Assembly (NCBI GenBank): GCA_001783215.1 | Contig: MFRA01000001.1 | Location: forward strand, 62,161 to 126,160 | From: Candidatus Magasanikbacteria bacterium RIFOXYD1_FULL_40_23 | GTDB lineage: Bacteria; Patescibacteriota; Patescibacteriia; Magasanikbacterales; GWA2-37-8 | Direction: 5' to 3' | DNA length: 64,000 nucleotides | In this document: in pieces, positions 44,863 through 56,000 of the stretch | Numbering within the stretch: position 1 is the stretch's first letter | Layout of the letters: every line of letters begins with the position of its first letter | Notes under the pieces: generated by a model | Told to the model about the DNA's origin: nothing | The model's input: only the letters and a program-made list of their open reading frames with translations | Database searches by the model: none | Translations under genes and position numbers: made by a program

Positions 44863-45005
44863 AAAGTTATTTTATATTGGATGGGTCTTTCGTTTTTTTA
44901 AGGCCCAACCCAACGAAATAATTTTTTGAATCAAGAAGCGCGAATTATGGAGTATGGGAATAAAACAACCATGATTCATAATTCTTAATTCATAATTCTA
45001 GTTAT

Positions 45006-45563
45006 ATGTTTACTAATATTGCACACGCCTCCGAAGTAGCCAAAGAAACTGCCGAAGCCACCGCCGAAAGTGGAGTTTTGGCATCTCTTGGAATTAACGG
45101 TACATTGTTTATATTCCAGCTTGTAAACTTTGCTTTGGTAGCGCTTATACTTTGGTTTTTAATTTTAAAACCACTTACCAAAAAGATGGCCGAGAGACAA
45201 AAAATGATTGATGACAGTATAGATAATGCAAAAAAGATAGAAACTAATTTGGGAGCAAGTGAAAAGAAGTATCAAGAAAAAATAGATCAAGCCAAAGTTG
45301 ATGCCAATAAAATAATTGAAAAGGCTAGTTTGGAATCATTGGCAGTTGCTGAAGTGGCGAAAGAAAAAACCAGAAAAGAAATAGAGCAATTGGTAGAAAC
45401 TGCTAGAAAAAATATTAAAACCGAAAGAGAAGAATCTATAAACGAAATAAAAGAACAAACTGCCAGTTTGGTAGTGGCTGCGGCCGAAAAGATTTTGGGT
45501 ACTAAAGTAGATGCGTCCAAAGATGAAAAAATAATTGATGAAGCTGTAAAAAGCATGAAATAA
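45006..45563 (+). CDS. atpF: F0F1 ATP synthase subunit b
   Basis: N-terminal TM then long charged coiled-coil; operon position. Confidence 0.8.
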   Translation: MFTNIAHASEVAKETAEATAESGVLASLGINGTLFIFQLVNFALVALILWFLILKPLTKKMAERQKMIDDSIDNAKKIETNLGASEKKYQEKIDQAKVDANKIIEKASLESLAVAEVAKEKTRKEIEQLVETARKNIKTEREESINEIKEQTASLVVAAAEKILGTKVDASKDEKIIDEAVKSMK

Positions 45564-45573
45564 ATTTATAAAT

Positions 45574-45963
45574 GTGAAAAAGCAAAGTAATTTACAATTT
45601 GCCAAAGCGCTTTATCAGGTCACCAAAGACTTGCCAAAGGATAAGCTCCCAGAAGTAATAAGGCAATTTTTTGTTATTTTGCAAAAATATAATAAGCTTA
45701 AAAAAATAGATTATATAGTAGAAGAGTTTGAAAGGTATTCCAAAAAACAATCAGGCATAAAAACAATAGAGATAGAAACGGTAGTCAAGCTAGATGGTAA
45801 GATAAAAAATAAAATAGAAAAAGTATTCGGAGAAGATTCGGAAATAACAGAAAAGATAAACAAAGAAATGCTCGGTGGAATAAAAATAAAAGTGGATGAC
45901 ACGGTCTACGACGCAAGCCTAAAGACGCAGTTAAATAAATTAAAACAATTTTTACAAGCTTAA
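45574..45963 (+). CDS. atpH: F0F1 ATP synthase subunit delta (short, 129 aa)
   Basis: C-terminal OSCP-like [27 protein letters not shown]; operon position. Confidence 0.7.
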   Translation: MKKQSNLQFAKALYQVTKDLPKDKLPEVIRQFFVILQKYNKLKKIDYIVEEFERYSKKQSGIKTIEIETVVKLDGKIKNKIEKVFGEDSEITEKINKEMLGGIKIKVDDTVYDASLKTQLNKLKQFLQA

Positions 45964-45974
45964 TTAAAACCTTT

Positions 45975-47471
45975 ATGTCCACAAATAACATTGTTGAAGA
46001 AATCCGAAAAAACATCTCTCTGTTCCAAAAAGAAACCGAAAAAGAAGAGACAGGTAAAGTTATCGAAGTAGGTGATGGTATCGCTCGTCTTTCTGGGCTT
46101 TCCAAATGCCAAGCTAGTGAAATGCTTGAGTTCGGATCTGGCGAAGAAACCACCTATGGTTTGGCTTTAAACTTGGAAGAAGAAACTGTTGGTTGTGTGC
46201 TTCTCGGAGAATACCGACATATTAAAGAAGGGGATACTGTAAAGCGAACAAACAGAATTTTGTCTGTACCGGTTGGAGACGAATTGGTGGGTAGAGTGGT
46301 AAACCCCCTTGGTCAAGCTATAGACGGAGGCAAAGAAATTAAAACTGGTAAATTTGCTCCAATTGAAAAAATCGCTCCTGGTGTAATGACTCGTGAGCCA
46401 GTAAGTCAACCATTACAAACTGGTATCAAAGCTATCGATGCTCTTATTCCAGTTGGCCGTGGTCAGCGCGAACTTATTATCGGTGATCGTCAGACTGGTA
46501 AAACTGCTGTAGCAATCGATGCAATTATCAACCAAAAAGGCAAAGATATTATCTGTGTTTACGTTGCCGTTGGTCAGAAAGAATCCAAAGTTGCCCGTAT
46601 CGTGGCCAAACTAAAAGAAGCTGGAGCAATGGAATATACAATCGTAGTTGTAGCCGGCGCATCTCAGCCTGCAGCGATGTCTTATATCGCTCCATACTCT
46701 GGTGTAGCAATGGCCGAGTATTTTATGGACAAAGGTAAAGATGTTTTGTGTGTTTATGACGATTTAACCAAACAAGCTTGGGCATACAGAGAAATTTCTT
46801 TGTTGTTACGAAGACCTCCAGGTCGTGAAGCTTACCCTGGTGATGTGTTTTATTTACACTCCCGCTTGCTAGAACGATCTTGCCGTCGCAACAAAGAATC
46901 TGGCGGTGGTTCTATTACCGCTCTTCCTATTATCGAAACTCAAGCCGGAGATATTTCTGCCTATATTCCTACCAACGTAATTTCTATTACCGACGGTCAG
47001 ATTTTCTTGGAAACAGATTTGTTCTATAAAGGTATTCGCCCAGCTTTAAACGTTGGTGTATCTGTGTCTCGTGTAGGTGGCGCCGCTCAAATTAAACCAA
47101 TGAAAAAAGTTGCTGGTAAATTAAAATTGGCCATGGCCCAGTTCCGTGAAATGGAAGCCTTTGCCCAATTTTCTTCTGATTTGGATGCCGAAACAAAAAA
47201 CCAGATTGATCTTGGTCAAAGATTGGCTGAAGTTTTGAAACAACCTCAGTATGAACCAGTATCTGTTTCCCAGCAAGTTGCAGTAATTTATGCAGTAAGT
47301 AATGGTTTTGCAAGTTCTGTGGCTGTAAAAGATATGAAAGAATGGGAAGTTGGATTGCATGCATTCTTGGAAAAATCTAAAGGATCATTGCTAGAAAAAA
47401 TTGAAGCAGGGGAATGGGATGAAAAGATCGAAAAAGAATTGAAAGAAGCTTGCGGACAATATAAAAAATAA
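45975..47471 (+). CDS. atpA: F0F1 ATP synthase subunit alpha
   Basis: Walker [11 protein letters not shown], alpha-specific motifs. Confidence 0.95.
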   Translation: MSTNNIVEEIRKNISLFQKETEKEETGKVIEVGDGIARLSGLSKCQASEMLEFGSGEETTYGLALNLEEETVGCVLLGEYRHIKEGDTVKRTNRILSVPVGDELVGRVVNPLGQAIDGGKEIKTGKFAPIEKIAPGVMTREPVSQPLQTGIKAIDALIPVGRGQRELIIGDRQTGKTAVAIDAIINQKGKDIICVYVAVGQKESKVARIVAKLKEAGAMEYTIVVVAGASQPAAMSYIAPYSGVAMAEYFMDKGKDVLCVYDDLTKQAWAYREISLLLRRPPGREAYPGDVFYLHSRLLERSCRRNKESGGGSITALPIIETQAGDISAYIPTNVISITDGQIFLETDLFYKGIRPALNVGVSVSRVGGAAQIKPMKKVAGKLKLAMAQFREMEAFAQFSSDLDAETKNQIDLGQRLAEVLKQPQYEPVSVSQQVAVIYAVSNGFASSVAVKDMKEWEVGLHAFLEKSKGSLLEKIEAGEWDEKIEKELKEACGQYKK

Positions 47472-47475
47472 ATTT

Positions 47476-47560
47476 CGATTATATGGGCTAAAGCCCCATA
47501 TATACTCATTCGTTCGAAAATATTTTAGCAAGCTAAATATTTTACTCACTCACTTCGTAT
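47476..47560 (+). repeat. ~85-bp intergenic hairpin repeat abutting atpG start codon
   Basis: cgattatatgggctaaagccccatatatactcattcgttcgaaaatattttagcaagctaaatattttactcactcacttcgtat then ATG. Confidence 0.8.
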
Positions 47561-48505
47561 ATGGCAATTAATACAAAAGTAATCAAACGCCGCCTTAAAT
47601 CTATTGGTAGTACCAAAAAAATTACCAAAGCTATGGAGATGATTGCGGCTGCCAAAATGCGCAAAGCGGTAAGCGCTGCTATAGATACGCGCGCTTATTC
47701 CAGCTTGGCTTGGGAACTTTTGGTTAACTTGTCCAAAACTCAAAAAGTACAAATTCCATTGTTGGAAGCAAGGCAAGTAAAAAAGATTTTGGTTATCATG
47801 ATTACTTCTAATCGTGGTTTGTGTGGTAGTTTTAATGCCAATATTATAAAAAAGACCGCTCTGCAAATGAAGGATCCAAAAAATATTGCTAAACAGGTAA
47901 TTGATGGAAAAGAAATATTGCCAAGCGACAGAGTAGAGGTAGATGTAATTGGTATTGGTAAAAAAGGCGCAGACTTTGCCAAAAAGATGGGCTACAACCT
48001 TACCGCCGCTTTTTCTAACATGACAGATACTCCAAATTTTGATGATGCGTTACCGATTGCCAAAATGGTAATAGATGCATATGAGAAAAAAACTTACGAC
48101 AAAGTAATTGTTGCTTATACCGATTTTAAATCGGCTTTAGTGCAAACTGCCAGACTACGACAAGTGTTGCCAATATCCGAATCTGATTTAGAAAAAACTT
48201 TATTTGATACAGAAGAAAAAAACTCTGTAAAAGAAAAAACAAATTTAAATGATTATTTATTTGAACCAAACAGAACTGATGTTTTACAAATAATTTTACC
48301 AAGGCTGGTTGAAACACAAATTTATCAAACGATGCTAGAATCTTCGGCCAGTGAACATAGTAGTCGTATGGTGGCTATGAAAGCTGCTAGTGAAGCAGCC
48401 AAAGATATGATAAGTGAATTAAATTTAACATTTAATAAAGCTAGACAAGCGGGCATCACCCAAGAGATCGCAGAGATCGCAGGTGGGGCAGCAGCGCTAG
48501 AATAA
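47561..48505 (+). CDS. atpG: F0F1 ATP synthase subunit gamma
   Basis: MAINTKVIKRRLKSIGSTKKITKAMEMIAAAK N-terminus; C-terminal helix. Confidence 0.9.
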   Translation: MAINTKVIKRRLKSIGSTKKITKAMEMIAAAKMRKAVSAAIDTRAYSSLAWELLVNLSKTQKVQIPLLEARQVKKILVIMITSNRGLCGSFNANIIKKTALQMKDPKNIAKQVIDGKEILPSDRVEVDVIGIGKKGADFAKKMGYNLTAAFSNMTDTPNFDDALPIAKMVIDAYEKKTYDKVIVAYTDFKSALVQTARLRQVLPISESDLEKTLFDTEEKNSVKEKTNLNDYLFEPNRTDVLQIILPRLVETQIYQTMLESSASEHSSRMVAMKAASEAAKDMISELNLTFNKARQAGITQEIAEIAGGAAALE

Positions 48506-48520
48506 AATTTCTTTTCACTT

Positions 48521-48592
48521 GTCATTCTGAGCAAAGCTGAAGAATCCCTCTTGTCCCAATGAAAGGGATCCTTCACTCCGTTCAGGATGACA
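48521..48592. repeat. REP-like palindromic element (full copy, same family as 26631)
   Basis: gtcattctgagcaaagctgaagaatccctc...gggatccttcactccgttcaggatgaca. Confidence 0.7.
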
Positions 48593-48629
48593 GCCTAAAA
48601 AAATAACTAATAAATAAAATTAAATATCA

Positions 48630-48655
48630 GATCCTGAAACCAGTTCAGGATGACA
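48630..48655. repeat. short hairpin sharing the GTTCAGGATGACA arm
   Basis: gatcctgaaaccagttcaggatgaca. Confidence 0.5.
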
Positions 48656-48660
48656 AATAA

Positions 48661-50034
<1,374 letters not shown>

Positions 50035-50078
50035 TTAAGCCTGCCGGATTAAGGGCAGGCGTAAAGATCGGTAAGGCA

Positions 50079-50363
50079 CTATTCTGGAAATGGAAGGAAC
50101 GACATAACACGGAGAGTTTCATATGGAGGAGAGTGGTGAAAGCGGGGGCAAATGTCACCAAGATAATCCCACAACTCTTTTTCTCCAAGATCCTCACGCA
50201 AATTCTCCCAGTTATACCTCTGAACTGGTTTAGACAGTAAATTAGTTAAACGGTCAAGGATCTCAATCGTAGCAGAAACTTTAAGCACCCTTGCCTCCAT
50301 AAAATTACCAATCTTATCAAAAGCATGGATAAGGAGCAACCATTCTCTAGATTTCTGTGACAT
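50079..50363 (-). CDS. small protein (94 aa) encoded antisense between atpD and atpC
   Basis: AGGAGG 8 nt before ATG; minus-strand promoter TTGACA-17-TATACT; shares hairpin terminator GCCTGCC..GGCAGGC (50039-50061) with atpD. Confidence 0.45.
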   Translation of the reverse strand: MSQKSREWLLLIHAFDKIGNFMEARVLKVSATIEILDRLTNLLSKPVQRYNWENLREDLGEKELWDYLGDICPRFHHSPPYETLRVMSFLPFPE

Positions 50364-50384
50364 GGTAAGATCCTCCTAGAAAGG

Positions 50385-50413
50385 AGTATAGAAAAATAAA
50401 AATTTTATGTCAA
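50385..50413 (-). promoter_or_regulatory. sigma70-like promoter TTGACA-17-TATACT for the antisense small gene; -35 overlaps atpC start codon
   Basis: minus strand gtgTTGACAtaaaatttttatttttcTATACT. Confidence 0.45.
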
Positions 50414-50838
50414 CACTAAAATTCAAAATCGTAACACCGGAAAAAACAATTTACGAAAATGAAATTTTCCAAGCCACTATTCCTACTATGGAAGGTGAGA
50501 TTACGGTTCTTCCAAATCATATTCCACTTATTTCTGTTCTCAAAGCCGGTGAATTAAAATTCAAAGATAAAGAAGGTGAACAGCAAATGGCAGTCTCTGG
50601 TGGATTTTTGGAAGTAAGAGGAAAAAATGAAATTGTAATTTTAGCAGATCATGCGCAGAGAGTAGCCGAGATAGATGTGGATAAAGCCGAAGAAGCTCGC
50701 GCACGTGCTGAAGAACAAATGGCAAATCTAAAGAATGCTCAAGATGTAGATTATGCAAAACTTCAAGCTATAATGGATAGAGAATTAAACAAATTGCGAG
50801 TCGCAAAAAAGTATAAAAATCTTCCAATTAGTAAATAA
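50407..50838 (+). CDS. atpC: F0F1 ATP synthase subunit epsilon
   Basis: 143 aa, beta-sandwich plus C-terminal helical hairpin, operon position. Confidence 0.85.
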   Translation: MSTLKFKIVTPEKTIYENEIFQATIPTMEGEITVLPNHIPLISVLKAGELKFKDKEGEQQMAVSGGFLEVRGKNEIVILADHAQRVAEIDVDKAEEARARAEEQMANLKNAQDVDYAKLQAIMDRELNKLRVAKKYKNLPISK

Positions 50839-50847
50839 TAAATCTGA

Positions 50848-50876
50848 TTGACAAGCCGTTGTAAATAAGGTATATA
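50848..50876 (+). promoter_or_regulatory. sigma70 consensus promoter TTGACA-17-TATATA for Cys-rich peptide gene
   Basis: ttgacaagccgttgtaaataaggtatata. Confidence 0.55.
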
Positions 50877-50932
50877 TATTGGATATAATTTAGTCGTTCC
50901 TAAACGACCTCTAAATCATAATCTTATATCCT

Positions 50933-51067
50933 ATGGAAAAGTGTCAAAAATGTAGAACTGTACTTGAAGAGATGAATGATTCTTGTTTATGTAATGAAAG
51001 CGTTTGTGTGCGTTGTTGCGGATGTGATGAAAGCTGTGGTTGCGAATGTATTGATAAACAAAGTTAA
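50933..51067 (+). CDS. 44-aa cysteine-rich peptide (11 Cys); below ORF-track size cut-off
   Basis: translation MEKCQKCRTVLEEMNDSCLCNESVCVRCCGCDESCGCECIDKQS; dedicated promoter and downstream terminator; no SD. Confidence 0.5.
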   Translation: MEKCQKCRTVLEEMNDSCLCNESVCVRCCGCDESCGCECIDKQS

Positions 51068-51146
51068 CTATTACTTCTTTAAATTTTCAACTTCCTAGCC
51101 AATATTAGTAACATTTTGGCTTTTCTTACGTCTTCTATTGTATAAT

Positions 51147-51168
51147 AACCTTTGTAAAAAGGGTTTTT
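51147..51168 (+). terminator. intrinsic terminator after Cys-rich peptide gene
   Basis: aacctttgtaaaaagggttttt. Confidence 0.45.
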
Positions 51169-51200
51169 GACTGTTTTTGCAATAAAACAGCGTTTATTTT

Positions 51201-52964
51201 ATGCAAGAAAATACCAAAAAAACACTTGGAATATTCTGGAAGTATACAATGAAATACTGGCCAGCTTTTTTTATTACCGTATTTTTTTTGGTCGTAGGTG
51301 CGATTATTACTGTTATTACTCCAATTTATCTCAAAAAGATAGTTGATTTAATGTCTGCCGGCTCTTTGGCTAGAAATGAAACATACAAAAACTTAATGAG
51401 TATTTTGTCTGTTATAGTTATATTATATATTGTGGAATGGGCAGCTTGGCGCATATCCACCTATTTTGCGGGTAGGGTAGAGTTGCGAGTGATGGCAGAT
51501 TTAAGCAATGCCTGTTTTAAATATTTACATAAACTATCTTTTAACTTTTTTAATAATAATTTTGTCGGTTCTTTGGTAAAACGGGTTAATTGGTTTACCC
51601 GCGCTTACGAAGGCATTATAGAAGTATTTTTCTGGGATCTTTTCTTGGTCGTTGTTAGAATCGGCCTAATGCTGGTAGTTATTTTCCAACGTAATACGAT
51701 TTTAGGATGGAGTTTAGTTGGTTGGATTGTCTGTTTTTTGGTTTTCAATCAAATGTTTGTAAAGTTTAAATTAAAATATAATCTAAAAAGAAACGACGCC
51801 GAAACTAAAGCCACTGGAATTTTGGCAGATACTATTACCAACCATTTGAACGTGAAGTTGTTTACTGGTTATAAACATGAAGAAAAGAGATATGGCGATA
51901 TTACAAACGAAGTAAAAAAATGGCGCACAATTACTTGGAATTTAGATACACTGTTCGAAGCGGTGCAGAGCTTTTTTATGTTTGCGCTAGACGTTGGTAT
52001 TTTGTATTTGGCCATCACATTTTGGAAAAAAGGTACGCTTACGGTAGGTGATCTGGTTCTACTTCAAACCTATTTGTTCGGCATGATTTCTATGTTGTGG
52101 AGTTTTGGTAGAAATATACGTAGAATTTATAATCATTTGGCCGATGCAGAAGAGATGACGGTGATGTTTAATACGCCACCAGAGATTGTAGATCTGTCTA
52201 AAGCCGTAGCTTTGAAACCGGGAGCCGGAAAAATAGAATTCAAAAATGTTTCTTTTAACTATAATCAAACCAAAGAAATTTTAAAGAAACTAAACTTGGT
52301 TATTTCTCCGCAAGAAAAGATAGCTTTGGTTGGTCCGTCCGGAGCCGGCAAAAGTACGATTACAAAATTATTACTACGCCTTTATGAATTGTCTGCTGGT
52401 AAAATTTTGGTGGATAACCAAGATATCTCTAAAGTAAAAATGGAAAGTCTTTGGCAGAATGTTAGCTTGGTGCCACAAGATCCGATACTATTTCACCGCA
52501 CACTGCTCGAAAATATTCGTTATGGTAAGCCAGACGCTACCGAAGCCGAGGTTTTTGAAGCTGCCAAATTGGCGCACTGCGATGAATTTATAAAAGACTT
52601 CCCAGAAGGTTATGCCACTTTTGTGGGTGAAAGAGGTGTTAAATTGTCTGGCGGAGAACGCCAGCGTGTGGCTATTGCTAGAGCTATACTGCACAACGCC
52701 CCGATTCTAATTTTAGACGAAGCTACTTCTAGTCTTGATTCTGAATCAGAACAACTAATCCAAAAAGCGCTAGATGTTTTGATAAAAGGTAAAACAGTGA
52801 TTGTGATTGCGCACAGACTTTCTACTATTATGAAAATGGATAGGATTTTGGTAGTAAAAGATGGAAAAATTACTGAAACTGGCTCCCATAAAGAACTATT
52901 GCAAAAAGAAGATGGTATATACAAAAAGCTTTGGGAAGTGCAAGCGGGTGGATTTATTGCTTAA
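51201..52964 (+). CDS. ABC exporter, fused permease + ATPase (MsbA/MdlB-like)
   Basis: six N-terminal TM segments; Walker A GPSGAGKST, signature LSGGERQRVAIARAIL, Walker B ILILDEAT. Confidence 0.85.
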   Translation: MQENTKKTLGIFWKYTMKYWPAFFITVFFLVVGAIITVITPIYLKKIVDLMSAGSLARNETYKNLMSILSVIVILYIVEWAAWRISTYFAGRVELRVMADLSNACFKYLHKLSFNFFNNNFVGSLVKRVNWFTRAYEGIIEVFFWDLFLVVVRIGLMLVVIFQRNTILGWSLVGWIVCFLVFNQMFVKFKLKYNLKRNDAETKATGILADTITNHLNVKLFTGYKHEEKRYGDITNEVKKWRTITWNLDTLFEAVQSFFMFALDVGILYLAITFWKKGTLTVGDLVLLQTYLFGMISMLWSFGRNIRRIYNHLADAEEMTVMFNTPPEIVDLSKAVALKPGAGKIEFKNVSFNYNQTKEILKKLNLVISPQEKIALVGPSGAGKSTITKLLLRLYELSAGKILVDNQDISKVKMESLWQNVSLVPQDPILFHRTLLENIRYGKPDATEAEVFEAAKLAHCDEFIKDFPEGYATFVGERGVKLSGGERQRVAIARAILHNAPILILDEATSSLDSESEQLIQKALDVLIKGKTVIVIAHRLSTIMKMDRILVVKDGKITETGSHKELLQKEDGIYKKLWEVQAGGFIA

Positions 52965-53063
52965 ATTGGCGCATTGCCAAACAGGCAAATTTTGGTATAC
53001 TAAGGACAGCTAAGCAGGCTGTTTTTATGTAGTTTTAGGCACTAAAGATAGAAATTTAAGTAT

Positions 53064-56000
53064 ATGACCACAGGTTCTGCAAAATCCGTAAACGATGCTG
53101 TTTTCTTGCAAAAATACAAAAAATTAAACGAGCAGCAAAAATTAGCCGTAGATACAATTGAAGGTGCGGTACTAGTGATTGCTGGCCCAGGTTCTGGTAA
53201 AACAGAGCTTTTAAGTTTGCGCGTAGCTAATATTTTACAAAAAGGCGATGTTTATCCGTCCAATATTTTGTGTTTAACCTTTACTGACTTTGCCGCCAAA
53301 AACATGAGTGATAGGTTGTCTGCCCTAATAGGAGTAGATGCACACAGAGTAGCGATACATACATTTCATAGCTTTGCTCTAAATATCAAAAATCGTTTTC
53401 AAGAAAATTTTTACGAAGCCCAAAAAATGAATGCTTCCGACGAGTTAATTCAGATAGAAACACTTTCCGAAATACTTGCCACCTTGCCATTGTCGGACGC
53501 CTTAAGTAAAAAAGATGCAACTGGTGCTTATTTTTATTTAAATAGTATAAAAGACAGAATTGGTAAATTAAAAAAGGCTGGCATAACGCCGCTAGAATAT
53601 CAAAAGATACTTAATACAAACTCTGTTTGTTATAAAGAAATTGAAAAAATACTCATCCCAGCTTTTCAAGACAGAATATCAAAAAGTCTTCGTGATGAGC
53701 TGCCAAAGATAATTGCGCAGATAGATGCGATTAAAACGCCAAGTGTGCCGGTAGATCATAGTAGTCTTTTTGATTACAAAGAATTATTAATGCAATCTCT
53801 TTCTTTTGCTTACGAAAAATCAGTAGAAGAAAACGGCACAAAATCACTAACCGTTTGGAAAGATGAATGGTTGAAAAAAGATTCAGATACCAAAGAATTA
53901 CATCTGAAAGATGCGCACCAGTTAGAGAGGAACATATCTCTTGCGCAAGTTTATAAAATTTATCAAGAAAAAATGCTTTTGGCCGGGTATGTAGACTTTG
54001 ACGATATGATTATGGATCTTCTTCGTGTGTTGCATAGTAAAAAGGGGATACTTAGTCAACTCCAGGAGCAGTACCAATATATTTTGGTAGATGAGTTTCA
54101 AGATACAAATGATGCTCAGATGCGAATTATAAATTTGCTTGCAGATAATTCGGTGAACGAAAACAATCCTAATATAATGGTGGTGGGGGACGATGATCAA
54201 GCTGTTTATAAATTTCAAGGTGCCGAAATAAATAATATTTTACAATTTAAAAAACAGTATCCAAAAGCCAAAATAATAACCCTCTCCAAGAATTATCGCT
54301 CTACCAAAGAGATTGTTGATTTTTCGCAAATTATTATTTCTCAAGGCGATGTTCGTCTAACAAATCAAGTTAAAGAAATAGAAAAAAAGCTAGAAGCAGC
54401 CAATCCAAATATTGCTGAAGGCGCTATCGTGGCGCACACTTTTGATACCGCTCTTCACGAATATGCATATGTGGCCACCGAAATAAAAAATAAAATTGAT
54501 AGTGGTGTAAATCCAGATGATATTGCTGTTATAGCCAGAAATCACTATCAGTTGGAGATGGTGTCCACTTATTTGGAAACAGAAAATATTCCCATTAAAT
54601 ACGAAAAGCAGAGAAATATATTAAACGAACCACAAATACAGCAACTTATATCGCTAGCTCGTTTAGTAGAATCAATTTCAAGTAGTAGTACAAATTACCA
54701 AAATGACTTATTACCAATCGTGTTATCATTTCCGTTTTGGGAAATTGAACGCCAAACAATTTGGCAGTTGTCTATTGATGCCAGTAAGACTATAAAAAGT
54801 GATAAAAATGGTCGTTGGATAGATGTTATGCTTGCTGGTGAAAATGCTCATCTAAAAAATATAGCTAATTGGCTACTAACTCTGGCAGGTGAGGCTCAGA
54901 CAGATCCGCTAGATTCAATGTTTGATAAGTTAATTGGACCAGAAGAAGAAATGGATTCTTTCTCCTCTCCGTTTCGCCGTTTTTATTTTAGCAAAGAAAA
55001 ATACGAGCAAAACCCTAGAGCCTATTTGCAGTTTTTATCAAGTTTAAATACCTTTAAAAATACAATTTCTCTGTACGGTACCAGAACAAATTCTCCTCGC
55101 TTAGCAAGCTTGGTGGCCTGTGTGGATGTTTACCAGAAAAATAATTTAGCGATTACTGATACAAGTCCATATTTAAGTGGTACAAATGCGGTTTCTCTAC
55201 TTACTGCGCACAAAGCAAAAGGGTCGGAGTTTGATACCGTGTTTGTGGTAAATTGCCAAAATGATGTTTGGGCAAAATCACAAGGTAGAGATATGATTGC
55301 GTTTCCAAAGAATCTACCAATTGATCCATCTGGCGATACGCTAGATGATTTCTTGCGTATCTTTTTTGTGGCTTTAACTAGAGCAAAAAGACATTTATAT
55401 GTTACTAGTTATATAAAAGAAGAAAATGGCAAAGACTCTTTGCAGATTCCTTTCTTGGAGCCGTCTATCTTTGCTGATTTTGATCATAAGATAGATGCTG
55501 CTCACCAAAAAATGGAACTACTACATACAATAAAAACTTTAGAGAAAAACATTCTTCCAAAAGTTGGGCCGATTGCTACAGACGAACGCCCGATCCTTCA
55601 ACCATTATTGGATAATTATATAATGAGCGTAACTCACCTAAACAATTTTCTTGATGTTGAAAAAGGCGGACCGCACCATTTCTTTGAACAGAATTTTTTG
55701 CGATTCCCTCAGGCAAAATCAGCGCACACATCTTATGGTACAGCTATGCACGAAACAATGCAGGGTATTTATAATTATATAAAAAGTACGGGCAAAAAAC
55801 CTTCGCTATCAAAAGCGCAAGAAATTTTTAAAGAGAAATTAGTGCAGCAAGCAATGAGCGAACAGGATTTTAAAAACTATCTTGAAGAGGGTAATAGTGC
55901 CTGGAAAGTCTATATAGAAAAAGTAAGCGATCGTTTTGATCCGTCCCATTGGATAGAAACTGATTTTAGAACGCAAAGTGTAATGATTGAGAATGTCCAA

